From contig NZ_LN831039.1 of NCBI RefSeq assembly GCF_001457595.1, positions 480,001 to 512,000 on the forward strand: a stretch of 32,000 nt of DNA, written 5' to 3'. Positions within the stretch are counted from its first letter, which is position 1. Each line of letters opens with the position of its first letter. This DNA comes from Mycolicibacterium smegmatis (lineage in GTDB: Bacteria > Actinomycetota > Actinomycetes > Mycobacteriales > Mycobacteriaceae). This document shows positions 26,517 through 32,000 of the stretch, piece by piece. Both the position numbers and the translations under genes were made by a program. A model generated the notes under the pieces. The model saw nothing but the letters and a program-made list of their open reading frames with translations, made no database searches and was not told where the DNA came from.

Positions 26517-28658
26517 CTACTCCGCGGGAGCGGGTGTCACGTCGGCACCGGAGCCCTTGATCGACGCTTTCGCGCGGTTCTCGGGCCGCACGGCCTTCTT
26601 GCCGCGCACGTAGCCGGTCTTGGAGATCGACGCCGCGAGCAGGGCGTCCTCGCCCTTGACGAACGGGTGGAACGCCACGCCGGCGCCTCCGCGGCCCTTG
26701 ACCGGGATGTCGGCGACTTCGGTGACCTTCCAACTCTTTTCGGCGATCGACAGGATGGCCTCGCCGTTGGCGCACGACACCGGCAGCGCGGCGATCACCT
26801 CGTCACCGTCGGCCGCGAGCTTCACCCCGGCCACACCGTTTCCGGCGACGCCCTGCGGGTTCACCGACGCCGGGTCGACACGCAGGATCTTGCCGCGCCG
26901 CGTCACGAGCGCCAGATGGTAGCCCTCCGGAAGCACACCCGAGCGCACCAGACCGGTGATGTCGGGCGCGACCGGGATGTCGCGGATCTTGAACGGCAGA
27001 CCGTTGCCGGTCGTGAACTTGATACGACCGTCGGACCACACAGCCCAGCCGAGCCCGGAGGTGAGCAGCTCACCGTGGCTGTCGGAGAACACCCCTCGGT
27101 CGTCGAGACGCCAGGCCGTGTTGACCTTGCGTTCGCGTGAACCGTCCTCGTCGCCGCGGGATACCGGCGTCGCGTCCAAGTCCAGCACGGTGCGCCGGTC
27201 GTACTCGGGGCCCTTGAACAGCTTCGCGGTCTCGACGAGTTCCTTGTCGATCACCTTGCGGCGGGACTCGGGGTTGGTCACCAGATCATTGAGTTCGGCG
27301 AACTCGGCGTCGAGCTTCTCGGCCTCGGCCTGCAGCTCGATGACGTCGAGTTTGGTCAGTCGCCGAAGTTGCAGCGACAGAACGTAATCCGCCTGCTCGG
27401 CGTCGATCTTGAACCGCTCCTGCAGGCCCTTGCGGGCCTCGTCGACGGTCTCGGAGCCGCGGATGACCGCGACGGCGGCGTCGATGTCGAGGTGGATCTT
27501 CATCAGACCGGCCACCAGATGGCGGCGCGCGGTGACCTTCTCCAGCCGGTATTCACTGCGGTGCAGCACCACCGAATCGCGCAGCTGGAGGAATGTCATG
27601 ATCAGGTCACGCACCGACCACCAGCGCGGTACGCGGTTCTCGTCGAGGGCCACCAGGCTCGCGGCGAAGGTGGATTCCAGCGGTGTGAGGGCGAGCAGTT
27701 GGTCGCGGATCTGTTCTGCGTTGTGGCCGCGCTTGGCGGTGACGACGATGCGCAGGCCGTTGCGGCGGTCGGTGAGGTCGGACATGTCCGCGACCCCCGA
27801 CATCTCGCCGGACTCGACGAGGGCACGGATGCGGTCCTGCACGGTGTTGCTCGCGACGCCGGGTGGCAGTTCGGTGATGATGCAGTTCTTGCCCTCGACC
27901 GAGATCGTGCCGCGCACGGTGAAATGCCCACGGCCGGTGGTGATGTACTCACGCAGCCCGGCCGTGCCCACCACACTCGCGCCGGACCCCCAATCGGGTC
28001 CGGGGATCAGCTTGCACAGCCGGTCGTCGGTCATGTTCGGCGTCTTCAGCAGCGCCCGGCAGGCCGCCATCACCTCGCGCGGATTGTGTGCGGGCACCTT
28101 GGTGGCCCACCCCTCGGCGATGCCGACGGCCCCGTTGCACAGCAGCACGGGCCACTGCGCGGGCAGCACGGTCGGCTCGATCCATTCGCCGTCGAACGTC
28201 GGCACCATCGGTACCGCGTGGTCGTTGAGTTCGGCGGTCAGCGCCGCGCCCGGTGCCGAGAGCCGCATCTCGGTGTACCGGTCGGCGGCGGGGATGTCGC
28301 CCTGGATGCGGGGGAACGCGCCTTGTCCGTCAATGACTTTCACGCGCTGGAAGTCCGCGGCCATCAGCGCCGCGGCGCCGTACATCGAGGCGCCGCCGTG
28401 GGGGTGCAGGTTGCCGGTGACCGCCGAGCACACCTTCGACGACTTCTGCGGTTTGTTGCCTGGCAGCAGTTTCGAGTCGTGCATCTGGTACAGCAGTCGA
28501 CGCTGACCGGGTTTGAGCCCGTCGTACGCCGACGGGATGGCGCGGTCGCTGACGCTGTAGAGCGCGAAGGTCAGTTGGTAGTGGTTCCAGTAGTCGTCGG
28601 CGCTCTGGTCGAGCACCAGATCGGGGTTCTGCTCGGGAACGTCCAGGGTGGCGGTCAC
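26517..28658 (-). CDS. Type IIA DNA topoisomerase subunit A, short GyrA/ParC-like paralog (TopoNM-like)
   Basis: 713 aa from GTG 28658 (GGAG 9 nt upstream). Catalytic Tyr context AADRYTEMRLS, QRDR-equivalent HPHGGASMYG, a coiled-coil region and only ~210 aa of C-terminal beta-pinwheel-like sequence. Lies 11 nt downstream of the GyrB-like gene. Confidence 0.9.
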   Translation of the reverse strand: MTATLDVPEQNPDLVLDQSADDYWNHYQLTFALYSVSDRAIPSAYDGLKPGQRRLLYQMHDSKLLPGNKPQKSSKVCSAVTGNLHPHGGASMYGAAALMAADFQRVKVIDGQGAFPRIQGDIPAADRYTEMRLSAPGAALTAELNDHAVPMVPTFDGEWIEPTVLPAQWPVLLCNGAVGIAEGWATKVPAHNPREVMAACRALLKTPNMTDDRLCKLIPGPDWGSGASVVGTAGLREYITTGRGHFTVRGTISVEGKNCIITELPPGVASNTVQDRIRALVESGEMSGVADMSDLTDRRNGLRIVVTAKRGHNAEQIRDQLLALTPLESTFAASLVALDENRVPRWWSVRDLIMTFLQLRDSVVLHRSEYRLEKVTARRHLVAGLMKIHLDIDAAVAVIRGSETVDEARKGLQERFKIDAEQADYVLSLQLRRLTKLDVIELQAEAEKLDAEFAELNDLVTNPESRRKVIDKELVETAKLFKGPEYDRRTVLDLDATPVSRGDEDGSRERKVNTAWRLDDRGVFSDSHGELLTSGLGWAVWSDGRIKFTTGNGLPFKIRDIPVAPDITGLVRSGVLPEGYHLALVTRRGKILRVDPASVNPQGVAGNGVAGVKLAADGDEVIAALPVSCANGEAILSIAEKSWKVTEVADIPVKGRGGAGVAFHPFVKGEDALLAASISKTGYVRGKKAVRPENRAKASIKGSGADVTPAPAE

Positions 28659-28669
28659 GTGAAAGTCTC

Positions 28670-30703
28670 CTACGTCAGGTCCAGCGCGGAGGTGTCGACA
28701 CGGGCGGCGACATCGGCCATCCACGTGCGCCGGCCCTCCGGCGGTCCGCCGAACAACGTGTGGTGCAGCTTCTTCTCGCTCTCATCGGGGCGCACCCGAA
28801 TCACCGTGCGGCGCTGCGGATCCAGCACGGTGTTCCAGAAGTCGTCGGCGTCCATCTCACCGAGACCCTTGTTGCGCTGTACCTCCACGCGTCGGTTGGA
28901 GGACGCCTTCAACTGGGCCACGGCCGCGTCGCGTTCGGACTCGTCCTGGCAGTAGATCCGCTCGTCGCCTGCCTTCACCACGAACAGCGGCGGCATGGTC
29001 ACGTACACCATCCCGGCTTCGACGAGCGGACGGTAGAAGTCCAGGAACATCGAGATCAGGCTCGAGTTGATGTTGCCACCGTCGGGGTCGGCGTCGGAGG
29101 CGAACAGGATCCGGTCGTACCGGCACAGTTCCGGGTCGCAGTGGTCGCGCACGCCGCAGCCCAGGATGCGCTCGATCGCGTCGAACTCGTCTTTGGCCCG
29201 CGCCTTGTTCAACGGGAAACCGTAGACGTTGGGCGGCTTGCCTTTCAGCGGGAACGCGGCCTGGAACGTCGCGTCGCGCGCGGCCTTGATGGTGCCCAGA
29301 GCCGAATCGCCCTCGCAGAGGAACAGTTCGGCGCCCGAACCACGGCCCGACTCGCGGCTGGGCAGCAGCTTGGGCGGCAGCGACAGGTTGGTACCGAGAC
29401 CTTTGGCCTTCGATGCCGCACGGGCGCGGGCCTTGGCGCCCTCGGCGCTGCGGCGGGCGCGCGCGGACTCCAGTGCCAGCTTGCTCCACAGCGTCACGGT
29501 GTCGGCGTTGGCGGGGTTGGCCGCCCAGATCGTCACGCTGCGCGCCACATCCGGGGCCATCGCCAGGTTCAGCGAGCGCGACGACACCGCGGTCTTGGCC
29601 TGCGAATCCCACGCGACGTCCGGTGCGCGGGTGTCCACGGCCAGTGCGGTCACGGCCGCGAAATCCTGTGGTTCCGGGCCTTCTTCGTTCTTGGCCAGGC
29701 CCAGATCGCGCATGCGGGACGCGCGCTCGGCCAACGCCTCGGACAGACCCTTGATCGCGGCGGTCAGGTGCGATCCGCCGCCGGGTGTGCGCACGGTGTT
29801 GCAGAACGCGGCGACCGTCGCCGGTTCGGCCGGTCCGGCCGTCAGCGACCAGCGGAACGGGGTCGGTCCGCGGCCCGTGGTGTACTCGCCGCGGCCTTCC
29901 ACGACGGCGCGGACCTCGGGCAGGGGAGTGCCCGCCGCGGTGCACATGAGGTCCAGCAGGGTTTCGGTGCCCCACGGCCCGCTGAACGGTTCGAGCACCG
30001 CCGGCGGGACCTCTTCGCCGGGCCAGCCCTCGTCGACGACGACCAGGTGCACGCCGGGCGACATCCGCGCCGCGGCGTGTGCGCGCAGCAGCACCTCGCC
30101 GATGTCCAGGGTCGAGTCCGGCGCGATCGCAGGGTCGAACAGGATGCGCACCTCGGTGCCGTGCAGGTCGGGCTTGCGGTTGCTGACGCCGCGCAGTTTC
30201 TGGGTGTCGTTGCGGGTGAACGGGGCCTCCGGGTCGAACTCCTTGCCCTCGAACACGCCCGGATAACCGCGGCCGAAGCTCTGCAGAAAGGTCTTGCCGT
30301 CACGGCGCACCGTGACGTCGGTGCGCGCGGAGATGAACACCGCGGCCGCCGCGCCGATGCCGTTGAGGCCGGCGCCGGTGCTGGTGGCGTCCTTGTGCGC
30401 GGAGAACTTGCCGCCGGCGCGGGCTGTGCCCAGCGTCTTGACGATGCCGTTCTTCCCGGTGGTCGGGTCGGTGTCGACGGGCAGGCCGCGGCCGTCGTCG
30501 GCGACGCTGACCGAACCGTCGGCGTGCAGGGTGATCGTGACGGTCGACCCGCCGTGGCCGGGATCGGCGACCTCCTCGATCGCGTTGTCGACGATCTCGC
30601 GCAGGGCGGTGTTGAGCACGTCGAGGCCCAGGTTCACCGCCGGCCGCAGCCGCGTGTGCTGGACATCGTCGAGCTCGGTGATGTCTGCGGCGGTGTAACT
30701 CAC
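28670..30703 (-). CDS. Type IIA DNA topoisomerase subunit B, GyrB/ParE-like paralog (TopoNM-like)
   Basis: 677 aa from GTG 30703 (GGAGAG 8 nt upstream); an in-frame ATG 30766 is an alternative start. GHKL motifs EIVDNAIEE, DDGRGLP and GLNGIG; QTK-loop-like SQAKTA; Toprim motifs CEGDSA and SDADPDGG. Confidence 0.9.
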   Translation of the reverse strand: MSYTAADITELDDVQHTRLRPAVNLGLDVLNTALREIVDNAIEEVADPGHGGSTVTITLHADGSVSVADDGRGLPVDTDPTTGKNGIVKTLGTARAGGKFSAHKDATSTGAGLNGIGAAAAVFISARTDVTVRRDGKTFLQSFGRGYPGVFEGKEFDPEAPFTRNDTQKLRGVSNRKPDLHGTEVRILFDPAIAPDSTLDIGEVLLRAHAAARMSPGVHLVVVDEGWPGEEVPPAVLEPFSGPWGTETLLDLMCTAAGTPLPEVRAVVEGRGEYTTGRGPTPFRWSLTAGPAEPATVAAFCNTVRTPGGGSHLTAAIKGLSEALAERASRMRDLGLAKNEEGPEPQDFAAVTALAVDTRAPDVAWDSQAKTAVSSRSLNLAMAPDVARSVTIWAANPANADTVTLWSKLALESARARRSAEGAKARARAASKAKGLGTNLSLPPKLLPSRESGRGSGAELFLCEGDSALGTIKAARDATFQAAFPLKGKPPNVYGFPLNKARAKDEFDAIERILGCGVRDHCDPELCRYDRILFASDADPDGGNINSSLISMFLDFYRPLVEAGMVYVTMPPLFVVKAGDERIYCQDESERDAAVAQLKASSNRRVEVQRNKGLGEMDADDFWNTVLDPQRRTVIRVRPDESEKKLHHTLFGGPPEGRRTWMADVAARVDTSALDLT

Positions 30704-30847
30704 TGCTCGTTCTCTCCAAAAAGTGGGGTGGTGTGCCGGTGGAATGGTAGACGCCGGATCAGACATCACCGCGCATCTGCGCTGCAACCTGCGATGTGAT
30801 CTGCCGCGATACGTACGGAAGTGGTCCAGACCACAGCCACCTGTCAG

Positions 30848-30865
30848 GGTAGGGACAGCCCTACC
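30848..30865. promoter_or_regulatory. Short hairpin/inverted repeat GGTAGGG-ACAG-CCCTACC in the topoisomerase/kinase divergent region
   Basis: 7-bp perfect arms with a 4-nt spacer, read directly, ~40 nt upstream of the kinase ATG. Function unknown. Confidence 0.25.
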
Positions 30866-30905
30866 TTGAATACGCGGGCACACGGGATGGGGGTGGATCC
30901 GGCAG

Positions 30906-32000
30906 ATGCCTAGCGTGACGAGCGTGACCACAACGCAGCGTTCCGGCCGACTTCGTCAGCTGGGTGTCGACAGCGCCTACGTGCTGCTCGGTTTTCCGCT
31001 CGCCACGGTGAGCTTCACCGTCATCGTGGCGATGCTGGCTGCCGGGATCGCCACGGCAGTCCTGGTGATCGGGCTGCCGATCCTCGTCGGAACGCTTCTC
31101 GTCGCCCGGGTGCTCGCCGATATCGAACGGTTGCGTCTGCCTGCTGTTCTCCGCCGCCCGCGCATCCGGCCGGCCTACCGCAAGGCCGCACCCGGGGCCG
31201 GCGTGTGGAACCGGCTCGGCGCCGTGATGGCCGACGCCCAGTCCTGGCTCGACGTCGTGCACGCCGTGGTGCGGTTCCCGGTCTCGTTGGTCACCTTCAG
31301 CGTCGTGGTCAGCTGGTGGGCTGCCGCGCTCGGCGGCACGTCGACCGCCGCGTGGGACTGGGCCGTCCCCCGCGGCCCGGACAATCAGTCACTGGCCCAG
31401 CTGATCGGCCTCGGCGACAGCACAGTTGCGCGGATCGGGTTTCAGACCGCCGCCGGCCTGCTCTGCCTGGTCAGCCTGCCCTGGGTGGTCCGTGGCTGCG
31501 CCTTGCTCGACGCCGGCCTGGCCCGCACGCTGCTGTGCGGTGTCTCGGAGATGCGTCAGACCATCACCGTGCTCGCGGAGCAGAAGTCGGCGGCCACATC
31601 GGCCGAGGCGCATGCACTGCGCCGGCTGGAACGCGACATCCACGACGGCCCGCAGCAACGTCTCATCCGCCTCGCGATGGATCTGGGACGCGCCCGTCAG
31701 CACACGCAACCGGGTGCCCTGCAGGACATCATCGACGAGGCGGTGGTGCAGACCCAGGAGACCCTCGACGAACTGCGCGCCCTGTCACGCGGGATCGCCC
31801 CGCCGGTGCTCACCGACCGTGGGCTACCCAGTGCGCTTGCCGCCCTTGCCATTCGGTGCACGGTCCCGGTCGAACTCAACGTCGACCCCGGCCTGGGCAC
31901 TTCCGCGGGCAGGCCGGACCCGGCTGTCGAGACCACCGTCTATTTCGCGGTCGCCGAGGCGCTGACCAATGTTGCCAAACACAGCGAGGCGACAACCTGC
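30906..32000 (+). CDS. Two-component sensor histidine kinase (HisKA_3 / NarL-partner type), 3'-truncated by the window edge
   Basis: Not in the supplied ORF track; hand-translated. ATG 30906 is open to 32000 (365 codons). N-terminal multi-TM sensor region (AYVLLGFPLATVSFTVIVAMLAAGIATAVLVIGLPILVG...), H-box LERDIHDGPQQRL, and the start of the ATPase N-box (VYFAVAEALTNVAKHS). Confidence 0.85.
   Translation, partial: MPSVTSVTTTQRSGRLRQLGVDSAYVLLGFPLATVSFTVIVAMLAAGIATAVLVIGLPILVGTLLVARVLADIERLRLPAVLRRPRIRPAYRKAAPGAGVWNRLGAVMADAQSWLDVVHAVVRFPVSLVTFSVVVSWWAAALGGTSTAAWDWAVPRGPDNQSLAQLIGLGDSTVARIGFQTAAGLLCLVSLPWVVRGCALLDAGLARTLLCGVSEMRQTITVLAEQKSAATSAEAHALRRLERDIHDGPQQRLIRLAMDLGRARQHTQPGALQDIIDEAVVQTQETLDELRALSRGIAPPVLTDRGLPSALAALAIRCTVPVELNVDPGLGTSAGRPDPAVETTVYFAVAEALTNVAKHSEATTC

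Noticed and set aside
30704-30766. ATG 30766 as the start of the GyrB-like gene (adds 21 residues)
   Set aside because: GTG 30703 has a strong GGAGAG SD at an appropriate spacing and gives an N-terminus aligning with GyrB (YTAADITELDDVQ...). The ATG cannot be excluded without N-terminal data.
27369-30799. 528-aa and 679-aa plus-strand ORFs (27369-28955, 28760-30799) opposite the topoisomerase genes
   Set aside because: The minus-strand frames carry unambiguous GyrA/GyrB motifs. The plus-strand translations are low-complexity Arg/Gly/Ala/Val runs.

Overview
High-G+C actinobacterial chromosome, gene-dense, with no tRNA, rRNA, CRISPR array or transposase visible by eye. Gene content and order match fast-growing mycobacteria, most likely Mycolicibacterium smegmatis; this rests on my memory of synteny and was not searched. 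The first ~10.7 kb parallels the M. tuberculosis Rv0252-Rv0265c region: nirB, nirD, a CbiX/SirB-like chelatase, a HemD-wHTH fusion regulator, narK3, aac(2'), pxpC/pxpB and a FecB2-like lipoprotein. After that come accessory modules. These are a YeiH-family membrane protein, and a TetR plus DinB/mycothiol-dependent-isomerase-like pair. That pair is divergent from an agmatine deiminase / N-carbamoylputrescine amidase / large amidohydrolase / APC permease operon. Next are ohr-ohrR, a 14-TM MFS transporter fused to a universal stress protein domain, a gntK-gntP operon with divergent gntR, and an aldehyde dehydrogenase. The window ends with a second, divergent type IIA topoisomerase operon (GyrB-like plus a short GyrA-like subunit) facing a two-component sensor kinase that runs off the window end. 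The most interesting locus is the extra topoisomerase, which resembles the published M. smegmatis TopoNM. Its A subunit carries quinolone-resistance-type residues in the QRDR (HPHGGASMYG). Other items worth follow-up are the uroporphyrinogen-III-synthase/OmpR-wHTH fusion inside the nitrite/siroheme cluster, the MFS-USP fusion, and a 29-codon hydrophobic upstream ORF coupled by a GTGA overlap to the yeiH-like gene. Several perfect palindromic operator candidates lie in divergent promoter regions. Many long ORFs in the supplied track are antisense GC artefacts and were rejected.
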